From an uncultured archaeon (lineage in GTDB: Archaea; Thermoproteota; Nitrososphaeria; Nitrososphaerales; Gagatemarchaeaceae): a DNA stretch of 64,000 nucleotides. The stretch spans positions 1,408,001-1,472,000 of the forward strand of contig CAWCYD010000003.1 in the NCBI GenBank assembly GCA_963799775.1, given 5' to 3'. The position numbers were made by a program, and so were the translations under genes. The notes under the pieces were generated by a model. That model was not told the DNA's origin. It did no database searches and saw only the letters and a program-made list of their open reading frames with translations. Within the stretch, counting starts at the first letter, position 1, and the number at the start of each line of letters is the position of its first letter. Shown here in pieces: positions 1 through 9,022 of the stretch.

Positions 1-95
1 ACAACAATAAGGACAACCAGTGGCACGACAATCTTTGACCATGGCTTGCGCCCTTTACTTGTCTCTGGAAGCAAAACGCTCGCTGAAAAATCCAT
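1..95 (-). CDS. N-terminal part of a putative membrane/secreted protein, running off the left edge
   Basis: ATG at 95 reads MDFSASVLLPETSKGRKPWSKIVVPLVVLIV (basic residues then a hydrophobic stretch); same strand as and just downstream of the 159..1408 gene. Confidence 0.45.
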   Translation of the reverse strand, partial: MDFSASVLLPETSKGRKPWSKIVVPLVVLIV

Positions 96-158
96 GGCGC
101 TATCAGAAAAGTCGTAGCCTCGCCCTAGAAATGTATCATCGCTGATGTCCGCTTAGAG

Positions 159-1408
159 TTAACAGCTGTACTCGACAGCGAAGAAGCCGGTGCAACTGCT
201 ACTGTTGTAATATTCTGTGAAAGTGCCATAGCTGTAACCCATCGGCTCGCTCATCGAAGATGTTGCTGTGTTCTGGTAACCACCATTGACCATTTCAGTA
301 CCGTGCCCCCAATCACTAAGATAATTAGGGTACTGGTCGAACTTGGTTCCAGTTCCAGTTCCCATTTCGAGGTCCGTAAAAGTAACCGTCGAGAATTTTG
401 CCAGTATATAGGTACCTTCTGTCCCTGCAGGCTCCTCGACCACGGTATCCGCATAGTGCGGGACAGCAGCTAAGCTATAATCATCAGTGCAGGCTTGATT
501 ATTGTACTCGTTGATGACGTCCACGAAGTAGTCGCTTCCTGACATGCTAAATTGGGCATTAGATCCGGTCTGTGCGTAGATGTGATTCCCCGCGCTCACC
601 GTTATCCCACAGTAATTGATACTCGGTTGCTGGCCAGCACCGTTATCACCGCCGTAGAAGTACTCGGTAAGGGCTGTATCTTGTGTTGTACCTGTGCTAG
701 AAGTATAGTTCCCTTGAATCCCTCCCCGAACCAGTACATTGGTCCCTCGCCAAAGATAGTCTGTGCCAAAGTATGTGCCATTTTGTAACCCGGTCCATTC
801 GTCAACCAGGCACTCGGTAACATTATCCTGTACCTTTGACCAGTAGCAGCCGCTCGAAATCGAAGAAAGTGTAGGAGTGCTCCAATATGCCGCTGAGTAA
901 GTCACTGTTACGCTAGAAGGGGTAGAGGCATTGGCCACATAAAATCCTCCTTGATAATCTACATCGCTTACAGGTATGCCCGAGGCGGATGCATACCCGT
1001 GCCTTATGACATTGTATACCACTCCCGACGTGGGATTCACCGTCATTGTTAGAATGTATACATCTTGTCCATCCTTTTGAAGCAAGAAGTTCGCGGCGGC
1101 ATCGTGCCAAGTGACGGTGCAGTTTGTAGGATTAAGGTTCCAGTCGTTGTCGAAGCCCATAAATGTAGAGTTGTAGCCGGAGACCGCGTTCTGGTATTGG
1201 GGTGACTGAGCCGCAAAAGTCTGCACTGCTGCGAAACTGACGATGTTATTCTCGGATCCCATCTCAGACGCAAGCTTCAGCGGTGTGCATACGGCAAATG
1301 TGTCCGCCATAGCTGTTCCGGCAGTTAACAGCATCGCGATGGGAGAAATCACCAACAGAAAGAGAAGCGGGATGCTGGCAGGCGGATGAAGGAACCGATG
1401 ACTTTCAT
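159..1408 (-). CDS. Secreted G1 (glutamic/eqolisin, Peptidase_A4)-like peptidase
   Basis: Signal peptide ending TAMA; G1-like motifs WTGL, TVSAGNHI, ADTVVEEP, LAKFSTVTFTD. ORF track starts at 1355; ATG at 1408 joins with a 1-nt indel in an A run. Confidence 0.6.
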
Positions 1409-1896
1409 GGATAACTCTTGCTGGAGACTCTTCTATTAAAAGTTAGTGTTTACACTGTAATACAGTACAATAATTCATGCGGAGTCGAAATATATTTCCT
1501 TCTAATCGTCTTCGACGATCGTCGTCACGCGAAATGATCCTTCAGCATAAACTCGGAATCAGGTGGTCGACCTACCTGCGGAGCTTTCTCTCGGGAGCTT
1601 ACGAGTTAGAGTCGCATGGACGACTCACCGTACACATCACAGGCACGTTCATAACAGGCTGAGCAGCCAGCAGCCAAGGAGACACTTTTGAATAACATCG
1701 GCCAAAGCCATGAAAAAAGATACCCCTCCAATGGGTGTATCCTGTTGTAGGCCTGTTTTCTTCAGAATAGCTCAATTTATCCCCTTTCCCTCCCCCCTTC
1801 ACGCGAGCCCATAGCAGTAATACGTGTACACACCCGGGCATCCGCTCCGTATTGGGGAGAAGCACGCCGCAATCGGGTGTTAAGGACACTCGAGCG

Positions 1897-2733
1897 TTAG
1901 CATTGGACGGAGCTTGAATAACTGAATGATTGGTCCCAGTAAGTGGCAATACCGGAGCTGTATTCGCTCCAGCAGCCGTAATACATGTTAGAACTTTCAG
2001 CCGTTCCCACGTAGCTCGGAGAGCCCCAATAGTTGGTGAGGTCGTTTGAACTTCCAGCATACATGGTGCCGCTTCCGGAACTGAAGTCGGCAGTAAGGTT
2101 GTTCATCCCGCACCAACACGGATTAGATCGGAGCCAGTACCAGTCGCCATATGTCTCAGGATAGAACGAGCCGCTCGTACCTCCAGCGCCGCTTCCGCCT
2201 CCGTTGACCGACCACGTTATCTCGTCGACATAGCCGCTTGAGTCTGTCCATTCGTCGATATTGTATGGAGCTCCGCTTGTGAGAGCGCCGGTAACCTGGG
2301 TCCCGGAACCAGAGTCGTCCTTCTCAGCTACAAGGGCGCCAGTGTTCGTGTTGGCTACGTAGAAATAGTATATGATTGCCGGCGGGGAAACCTGGAAGTC
2401 TTCAGCGATCGAGAATTGCAGCCAGTCTGCGTTTGTCTGGTACGAATTGGATTCGGACACGTCTGGATTATATTGTAAGGTGAATGTATCATACCCAGTT
2501 TCGCCCGAGCTTCCTACAGTCCCAGCCATGTTTGAGGACAAATCCGAGCTAATGTAAGCATCGCCACTTGTTATGATGCAATCATTCGTCGATGAGCAGT
2601 CAAACTCACCGTCGCCATTCCCATAATAGAACCCATCTGAAGCTGGCCATGCCATCGCTTTGGCTACAAAGGCTGATGAAACGAGCAGCAGCCCAATAGC
2701 GCACGCGCCGACCAAGACAAGACTATGCCGCAA
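1897..2733 (-). CDS. Secreted thermopsin-like (peptidase A5-like) protein
   Basis: TTG start at 2733 overlaps the upstream stop; signal peptide ending AKAMA; motifs FTLQYN, WLQF, GTAESSN resemble thermopsin SLQLN / YWxQN / TAE motifs. Confidence 0.45.
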   Translation of the reverse strand: MRHSLVLVGACAIGLLLVSSAFVAKAMAWPASDGFYYGNGDGEFDCSSTNDCIITSGDAYISSDLSSNMAGTVGSSGETGYDTFTLQYNPDVSESNSYQTNADWLQFSIAEDFQVSPPAIIYYFYVANTNTGALVAEKDDSGSGTQVTGALTSGAPYNIDEWTDSSGYVDEITWSVNGGGSGAGGTSGSFYPETYGDWYWLRSNPCWCGMNNLTADFSSGSGTMYAGSSNDLTNYWGSPSYVGTAESSNMYYGCWSEYSSGIATYWDQSFSYSSSVQC

Positions 2734-3550
2734 CTTTGATCCCCTGGCCCTGGATGTACAGTTGAACCGGCACCTGGGTGGCATTCGCCAACAGATTGCT
2801 CGGAAGCGAAGTGGATATGGCGGCAGCTCCCGTTGTTTCGTAGGACTTGAGCGTCCCGATAGGAGCAACCTGGACCCAGATTGGAGAGTTCGTGTATGCG
2901 GTGAAAGTTATCACAGAACCCGCGGCAAGAGAATTACCCAATTGTACCGCGACACCCGGGGTTTCGTTATCGGCGGTAAAGTTGGCCATCAGTTGATTCC
3001 CTGATATCACGGATGGTTCGCCGATCATTGTTGCCGCTTGGGCGTGGCTGTTTCCCAAGCGCTGGGTCATATGGGCCACAAGATTGCCATTCACATACAG
3101 CCCCATGTAGAGAGTGGTATTCGCACTCACGTCGTAGGGAAGGACATTGATGTTGACCGATAGTTCACCGGTGATACCTTGCGTTGTATTATGACTAGAG
3201 GAGACAAGCACGTTCGCAGGCATCTGCCATCCCTGAAAGCCCGCCGATGACAAAGTCATGCCAGGGGTGTTTCCGAAAAAGTAGAAGTCGCTTGGAGGAG
3301 GCAGAGCGAAGCCAGTGGATAAACTGCTACCGTTACTGGGAATACCATTAGGCGTACCTATCTCGGTTCCTCCAGACTGGCTGGCAGTCGAAGTAGCTGC
3401 GCTGGCATTCGTATTAGTTGCGATCCCATCTCCCTTGGACCCAGAGTACAGAAGATACGAGGAGGATCCAATCGCTGCAGCGGCGACCAAGAGAATTGAA
3501 AGTAGCGCGGACCTCGCTACTCCGGGTCTAGATGCCGCTACTAGCTTCAA
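2723..3550 (-). CDS. Membrane-anchored/secreted hypothetical protein
   Basis: N-terminal hydrophobic helix, Ser/Thr-rich linker, beta-rich body; TATA-like TTATATA upstream near 3575-3581. Confidence 0.7.
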   Translation of the reverse strand: MKLVAASRPGVARSALLSILLVAAAAIGSSSYLLYSGSKGDGIATNTNASAATSTASQSGGTEIGTPNGIPSNGSSLSTGFALPPPSDFYFFGNTPGMTLSSAGFQGWQMPANVLVSSSHNTTQGITGELSVNINVLPYDVSANTTLYMGLYVNGNLVAHMTQRLGNSHAQAATMIGEPSVISGNQLMANFTADNETPGVAVQLGNSLAAGSVITFTAYTNSPIWVQVAPIGTLKSYETTGAAAISTSLPSNLLANATQVPVQLYIQGQGIKVAA

Positions 3551-3699
3551 TCACCCATGCTTAGCTCATAATAGTATATAATGTCAGGAGAATGTGACAT
3601 CCGGGATTTATTATCACGGTAGATTGTTACAGAAATGCGTTCCAGGCTTGGAGTCTTGAATCCAATGCCTTCTTCCGATGAGGGGTTAAGCCACTCTTC

Positions 3700-3999
3700 T
3701 TACTCTTCAATGGTAGACTTCTCTTCGTCTAGAAGGTCCTGGTATTTCTTTAGCCATCTCCTTCCTTTTGCAGTTATTGCGAATGTCTTCCGCCCTTCGC
3801 TTGAGGTAACGAGACGTATGTACCTGCCAGCCGCCAGCCTCGCCAAGTAGACTCCTTCAGCATCTCTATTCAGGTTGCAAGAAACCATTAGTCTGTGGGC
3901 CGTTGCGTTCCCCTTAACCAAGCATTGTAAAACGTCAGCTTGGATTTCTCTCCATACTCGCTTCTTGCGCTTCCCGGCCACCAACGCAATAATTGCCAA
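3700..3999 (-). CDS. Winged-helix regulator (HTH_45-like)
   Basis: ADVLQCL..ATAHRLMVSCNLN...FAITAKGRRWL pattern; paralogous to 17305..17595 and 24356..24640. Confidence 0.75.
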   Translation of the reverse strand: MAIIALVAGKRKKRVWREIQADVLQCLVKGNATAHRLMVSCNLNRDAEGVYLARLAAGRYIRLVTSSEGRKTFAITAKGRRWLKKYQDLLDEEKSTIEE

Positions 4000-4129
4000 A
4001 TACGTGAATCAAGGCGGCGATGTTTAAGGTTATTCCGTACGTTCACCCCAGCAACGCGACGGGTAGTCCGAGAAGCTACCTTCTTTTCGTCAAGAAGGCC
4101 CGATTTCTCTTCGTTTTCTCTCCCCCCTC

Positions 4130-4343
4130 TGGCGAGCCCATAGCAAGCAACACCCCTGCGAATCGAGCGAAGCGAGAATGAGCGGCCCCGCCCCGAAGCG
4201 GGGCGAAGGCGAAGTCCGAGCGGAGCGGCGAAGAGGGGGAAGCGAAGCGAGCGCAGCGAGCGGTGCCGAAGGCATCGCGGGGGGTGAATTCGCCGCGGGG
4301 CGAAGGACGAGCCTGAAGGGAGTTGCTTGCTATGGGCGAGCCA
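4130..4343 (+). other. Highly structured non-coding element (candidate single-strand origin or transfer origin)
   Basis: Perfect 16-bp inverted repeat GCCCATAGCAAGCAAC (4136-4151) / GTTGCTTGCTATGGGC (4322-4337), extended by tandem GA pairs; interior has about eight CGAAG copies plus GC-GGA-GC and GC-GCA-GC mini-hairpins. Confidence 0.7.
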
Positions 4344-4359
4344 TGAGCTGGCGCCCACG

Positions 4360-6252
4360 TCAGCGTTGAGGCGTCCCTGCCGGTCCTTTGAGGAACTCCG
4401 CGAGCGTTGTCACCGTAACCCTGGGACTCTTCAGAGAGCTGTATCTGCCGCTCGCCGCCAAGTCCGAGTTTGGAACGACGACGAAGAAGGGTTTGGTAGA
4501 ACTGAGTCTTGAGATGCGCTCCTCAAGGTCGCTCGTCCTCGTCTTCAGCCCCGTCTCGATCTCGAAGTACGCGCTCTCCGTCTCGACATCGGGCAGGCTC
4601 TGCCCCGGGTCTGCAATGCTGAGAACCTGGTCGCTGTTCTCCCGCAGCCTATCGACGAGCTGCCTTACCATGTACTTGTGAAGGTTGCTGACCTTCTCGT
4701 CCCCGCCCTTTGGGAAGTACAGGACGACCGTTCCTCCAGGTTCCGTGCCGTCGTACTTCATCCGCTGAAGCTCATCAGCGTTGACCAGCCTCTCTAGGGC
4801 GTCTCTGACCTTCAGTTTCGCGGAGTCCTTGTCCACTCTCCCGTCCTTGCTGAGCTGGCTTGCAAGGGCAGACACCCAGACGACGCCTTCCTTGGCCAGC
4901 GCTTGCTTGACCGCTTTATCGTAGTCCAGGGCCTCGGCTTCCTGGGGGAGCGTTACCGCTAGAAGTTCGCACAAAGCGGTGGGTCGGGTCTCCTTCTCGC
5001 TTTCCGGAACGAATGTGTAGACCTCGATCTCTTTGTGAATAATCTTGGATTTTGCGTCCACGCAGTGGTGCTTCAAGAGCCCAGACACAGTCCAGGAGAG
5101 CATGGGGTCGATTGTCCTCAGCGCCTCAAGGTCTGACTTGGACGAGGTGTTGAAGACGAACTGGGTGGCGAACTGGTTCCTGATCCTGTCCTCGATGTCG
5201 GTGTAGTTCTGGGTAGAGGTCCAGAGGGCTCCTCGCGTCCTTATCTCCCTCGCCATCTCGACGAGGACCGAGTGGTACTTCTCGAAAGTGCCCCGGGTAA
5301 GGCGGTGCGCCTCGTCCACGTATAGGATAATCTTCTTCGCTCCCGTCGTCTGCCCTTGCATCTCGTTCCATATCCCTCTGAGGAGCAACTCCGCGTAGAA
5401 TGTCTTCGCGGGGTCCGATAATCTGGAGAAGTCGAGCACGACGTCCATGCCCATGCGGATGGCCTGGTTGATCGCGTCGGGCCTAGTCCCACCATCTTCA
5501 AGCCGAACAGATTTGGCCTGCGCCTGGATGAAGAAGAGCGCCGAGAGCTGCACCCTGTCCTTGGTCTCGCCTATCCTGCGTTCGGCGTTTCGGCTGAAGT
5601 CCTTCCAGGACGTGCATCCGTAAGCGAGTTCTTGGACGAGGGAAGGGATCTGGCTCGCCGTCACCCCGATGGTGCTGACCGGAAAGGCAATCGCGAAGGC
5701 GCTCACGAAGGCCTCGATGTCCGTGAACGGGTTGGGGACAAGCTCGCTTACGTCGGCGACAGGATACCCGATCTTGAGGTGCGTGTCGTTCACCTTGAAC
5801 GAGAAGACGACCTTCTGCTGCCCCTCGAACTTTCGGAGGAGGAGCCTGACCAAGCTGCTCTTCCCAGCCCCTGAGGCCCCGCTCGTGAAGACGTTCGCGT
5901 TCTCCTTGCCCTCGATCCTCTTGACCTCGTTTATCCACTTGAACCTGAATTCCTCGTTCCGGTATGGCTCCGACTGGGACTTTTCGCCGGAGTTCCTGTG
6001 GACGAGCCTGAGTATTCCGACGTGCCCTGGAGTCGGCTTCTGCTCCTCATGGTGAAGGGGGTTCCAATAAAGCAGGCCCGACGTTGACTGGTATCCTATC
6101 TCGTCTCTGTCTACCCCGTACTTGGCCTCAAGCCCCTTCCAGCGCTTCTCCTGTTCTTGCGCTCTCCTCGCCTCCTCGTCCTGTTCACGTTGCCATCTCC
6201 GCTGCTCCTCCTGCTCCTCTTCCCTCCTCTTCTTTGACTTCCAGAGGTTCAA
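4360..6252 (-). CDS. HerA/FtsK/VirB4-superfamily ATPase with a C-terminal PD-(D/E)XK-like domain
   Basis: Walker A GASGAGKS, Walker B LYVDEAH, STQ and RNQF motifs; C-terminal LH...PDVE...FEIETG; likely TTG start overlapping the upstream stop. Confidence 0.8.
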   Translation of the reverse strand: MNLWKSKKRREEEQEEQRRWQREQDEEARRAQEQEKRWKGLEAKYGVDRDEIGYQSTSGLLYWNPLHHEEQKPTPGHVGILRLVHRNSGEKSQSEPYRNEEFRFKWINEVKRIEGKENANVFTSGASGAGKSSLVRLLLRKFEGQQKVVFSFKVNDTHLKIGYPVADVSELVPNPFTDIEAFVSAFAIAFPVSTIGVTASQIPSLVQELAYGCTSWKDFSRNAERRIGETKDRVQLSALFFIQAQAKSVRLEDGGTRPDAINQAIRMGMDVVLDFSRLSDPAKTFYAELLLRGIWNEMQGQTTGAKKIILYVDEAHRLTRGTFEKYHSVLVEMAREIRTRGALWTSTQNYTDIEDRIRNQFATQFVFNTSSKSDLEALRTIDPMLSWTVSGLLKHHCVDAKSKIIHKEIEVYTFVPESEKETRPTALCELLAVTLPQEAEALDYDKAVKQALAKEGVVWVSALASQLSKDGRVDKDSAKLKVRDALERLVNADELQRMKYDGTEPGGTVVLYFPKGGDEKVSNLHKYMVRQLVDRLRENSDQVLSIADPGQSLPDVETESAYFEIETGLKTRTSDLEERISRLSSTKPFFVVVPNSDLAASGRYSSLKSPRVTVTTLAEFLKGPAGTPQR

Positions 6253-6431
6253 TTCGTAGACTCCTCTCTGAGAATCGTGAGCCACGTCGCGAGCTTCGGG
6301 GGGTAGTCCCTGGCCTCCAGCGAATCAGGCTCTGACAGCAGCACCTTGCGCAGAATCGAATCACTCGGCAGAATTTTCTCTGCCAGCCTTTTGAGCGGTT
6401 GGAGGTCCAGTACCACGACTTTCTGCTGCAT
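6249..6431 (-). CDS. Small (60 aa) hypothetical protein coupled to the ATPase
   Basis: ATG at 6431, MQQKVVVLDLQPLKRLAEKILPSDSILRKVLLSEPD...WLTIL; its stop overlaps the ATPase start. Confidence 0.65.
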   Translation of the reverse strand: MQQKVVVLDLQPLKRLAEKILPSDSILRKVLLSEPDSLEARDYPPKLATWLTILREESTN

Positions 6432-6525
6432 GGTATGTAGTATGGTGGGCCGCGATGATAGACGCAGAGAATGAATCTGAAAGCGCAGATTCTGAGCCCT
6501 TTGATTCCTTACAATTTCTTCAGAA

Positions 6526-7059
6526 TCAGTTGGGCTTTTGAAGCATAATTGAGAGAACTTCTCTCCTTCGCTGCCTGGCCATCCAAACAAACACGGAGAG
6601 GAAGAACGCCTCGATTGCCCCAGCTGAGACCGTGAGGACAAGGACCGTGAAGAGGTACGACGGGTACTGTGCGTAGGCAGGATATAGCGAAATGCCGATA
6701 ACCGCTCCGACAATCAGGCTTATCCCGACCATGATACCCATCTCGACCAGCCCCACGGCATTGAAGAAGTTCCCCAGAGCCCTCCTGCCTTTTTGAGTCA
6801 GCGCGTAGGAGTTGGCGTCCCTATCAGGCAGATTGTCTCCAAGCAATCTGATGTAACCATAGTTGAGAAGGGCGGGATACGCATAATTCGTGATCGTGTT
6901 CTCGGGGATTCCTAACTCCTTTCCCAGCTTCTCGGCGGACGATTCCCTGTTTCCTCTCTTCGAGTTATCGAGGTAGGCCAGGACCTTGATCCAATTCAGA
7001 GTGAGGTCTCCCATCCTCTCAACGCGAAACCGTCTCTTCAGAGATTCGAGTGCCATCAC
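6526..7059 (-). CDS. Membrane-tethered winged-helix regulator
   Basis: HTH (AEKLGKELGIPENTI), wing YALTQKG, two C-terminal TM helices. Confidence 0.7.
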   Translation of the reverse strand: MMALESLKRRFRVERMGDLTLNWIKVLAYLDNSKRGNRESSAEKLGKELGIPENTITNYAYPALLNYGYIRLLGDNLPDRDANSYALTQKGRRALGNFFNAVGLVEMGIMVGISLIVGAVIGISLYPAYAQYPSYLFTVLVLTVSAGAIEAFFLSVFVWMARQRRREVLSIMLQKPN

Positions 7060-7143
7060 AAGCCAGTCTCCTCTTGTTGAATCAAGCCCTGGACCAGCTG
7101 TAGACTCGCTGACGAGGGCAAGGAGGAGGAACGCGTTGAAAAC

Positions 7144-7551
7144 CTAGAACCACGGGCCAAAGACCCACGTAGGGATTACGAAGTCTATCACGAGAAGGCC
7201 GAAGAGGATCACTATCATCGACTCGATGATGCCGGTCTGCTCAATCGACTTGGACGCCTCGTACTCCCGCTTTATCTCGCGCGCAGACACTTCGCGCTCG
7301 ACGTAGTATTGGAAGACCTCCCGAGGGTCGTCGTATTTGTCGGGGCCTAAAGCATCGTAAAGGGTCCTCTTCTCGGCGTCTGACAAGACGAGATAGGCCT
7401 GAGAGACTTCCTGGAACTTCTCCTCTGCATCCGGAGACTTGTTCCTGTCGGGGTGATACCTGACGGCCAGCCTCCTGTAGGCTTCCTTGATTGTTTCTCT
7501 CGATGCCGTCCTCGCAACACCAAGGACATCGTACAAGTCGTGCCTTTGCAT
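7144..7551 (-). CDS. J-domain (DnaJ-like) protein with C-terminal TM region
   Basis: DLYDVLGV...[15 protein letters not shown]...[17 protein letters not shown]; HPD motif intact. Confidence 0.9.
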   Translation of the reverse strand: MQRHDLYDVLGVARTASRETIKEAYRRLAVRYHPDRNKSPDAEEKFQEVSQAYLVLSDAEKRTLYDALGPDKYDDPREVFQYYVEREVSAREIKREYEASKSIEQTGIIESMIVILFGLLVIDFVIPTWVFGPWF

Positions 7552-7561
7552 GCTTTCGCCC

Positions 7562-8839
7562 TCAGAACGGCACCTTCACTATCGCCCCGCCGTCAGGGAG
7601 CGACGCCACGTACTCGTATCCCTGCCCTATGTAGGAACTGACCTCCTGCACCGGGATTACCTTCTGCCTGGAGCCGTTGCCCGTCATCATGCCGACCAGC
7701 CTCTGCCTCACAGTGTTCTGCAGCTCCTCGTCGGTCATCTCTTCGAGGTTCATCCTCTCGACCTCCTCCTTCTTGAATCCCGCGACAACGAGAAACTGCT
7801 CCCGCAGCGCCTTCTTGATCTGCTCCTGGCTCGAAGAATCGGCTTTGGTGCTAGAAAGAAGGGACTCGCATCTCTTGTAGGCAGCACGCATCTCCTCTAT
7901 CATGTCCGGCGGTAGTCTGCCCTTGTTGGTCGAATACCTTGCTTCGATATCGCCTTTGTGCCCCATGAAGAACTGGCGCCACGGATGGGAGATGGATCCC
8001 TTCGACTCTGCGATGTCGAAGGCCGTGCCGCAGTAGGATCTCAGCACGTACGGCCTCCAGGTGAACCCTGCCTCCTTCATAGCGAGCTTGACCTCCCACG
8101 AGAGCTTCGTCGTCCGCAGGAAAGCGAGCTTGCTCCCCTCCCTCACATGGGTGATTACGGGGGTTTCTGCGTCCAGCTTCTCCCCACTCCTCATCCTTGC
8201 CTCGAAGTATTCCTTGAGGTACTGGCATCCTTCCTCAGGCAGGAACGAGAAGTACTGGTGCCGGGCCTTGCTGAGCGTCTTCCTCACCATCACGATGGTA
8301 GGAACCTTGGTGAACTCCACGGTACGCTTCTTGATTTCGAGCTCACGCAAATCGCCGAGCCTCAAGCCGTCAGTGCCCAAGTAATTAGCGAGGCTCTCTG
8401 GTCTCAACCCCGAAAACGCCATGAACGCGGCAATCGTCCTCGCCCTCGGGTCGCAGTGCCTGAATATCTGGGCGAGCTGCTCCTTCGTCGGCACGACCTC
8501 GTCAACGTAATCCGAGGTGGGGAGCTTGATCTTCTTGGTTATCTCGAAGCCGTGGTGCCCCAGCCAAGACTTTATCGTCGTTAGGTTGTTCCTGGCCTGG
8601 GCGGGCTTCTCCCCCTTTGCAAGCGACCTGTCGACATAGTCCATGATGAAGTCGTCGAAGCCGTCAGGCGAGGCGCGCTTCTTCTCGATTATCTCCCTCG
8701 GGCCGAGCTCCGTCACAATGCAGAACCTACCCAACCGCCTGAGTCTCTCTTCCGCTGTGATGATGCTTCCCCTTGCGAGGTTGTCATACCATCTCTTGAC
8801 GTCCGGTTCATTCAGCAGGTGCTTGTGCCTCGGTTTCAT
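7562..8839 (-). CDS. Tyrosine recombinase/integrase
   Basis: SGLRP (catalytic R), YVLRSY, FMGH, ARY (catalytic Y); starts 47 nt from the tRNA-Gly 3' end. Confidence 0.92.
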   Translation of the reverse strand: MKPRHKHLLNEPDVKRWYDNLARGSIITAEERLRRLGRFCIVTELGPREIIEKKRASPDGFDDFIMDYVDRSLAKGEKPAQARNNLTTIKSWLGHHGFEITKKIKLPTSDYVDEVVPTKEQLAQIFRHCDPRARTIAAFMAFSGLRPESLANYLGTDGLRLGDLRELEIKKRTVEFTKVPTIVMVRKTLSKARHQYFSFLPEEGCQYLKEYFEARMRSGEKLDAETPVITHVREGSKLAFLRTTKLSWEVKLAMKEAGFTWRPYVLRSYCGTAFDIAESKGSISHPWRQFFMGHKGDIEARYSTNKGRLPPDMIEEMRAAYKRCESLLSSTKADSSSQEQIKKALREQFLVVAGFKKEEVERMNLEEMTDEELQNTVRQRLVGMMTGNGSRQKVIPVQEVSSYIGQGYEYVASLPDGGAIVKVPF

Positions 8840-8885
8840 GCCCCAGCGAGGTAGGGCAACGAATGAATTTAAACTTAGTTAAAGG

Positions 8886-8977
8886 TGCGGTCGCCGGGAT
8901 TTGAACCCGGGCTACCAGCTTGGCAAGCCTACACGCCCATTGAGGCTTGATGTCCTACCAGGCTAGACAACGACCGC
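8886..8977 (-). tRNA. tRNA-Gly(GCC) with a 19-nt intron at position 29/30 (8929-8947)
   Basis: Acceptor GCGGTCG/CGACCGC, T arm CCGGG-TTCAAAT-CCCGG; splicing restores TCAGC-TTGCCAA-GCTGG; strict BHB G-ACAT-CA^A-GCCT...GGGC-GTGT-AG^G-C. Confidence 0.93.
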
Positions 8978-9022
8978 GCAGTCGCGCTTCATGAGTGAAC
9001 CCGATAAAAGCTTGACGAGTGG

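Larger units (their letters stand above)
1..8886 (-). mobile_element. Integrated element at tRNA-Gly(GCC); distal boundary lies beyond the left edge
   Basis: Integrase next to the tRNA 3' end, ATPase, structured origin-like region, visibly AT-richer cargo; no second att copy found in the window. Confidence 0.75.

Noticed and set aside
4130-4343. MITE or transcription terminator interpretation
   Set aside because: No target-site duplication seen, the repeat arms contain GA mismatches that only make sense when folded, and there is no oligo-T tract on the transcribed strand.
3888-4369. ORFs crossing the structured element
   Set aside because: Arg/Gly/Ala-rich translations without motifs; better explained by GC-rich hairpin sequence.
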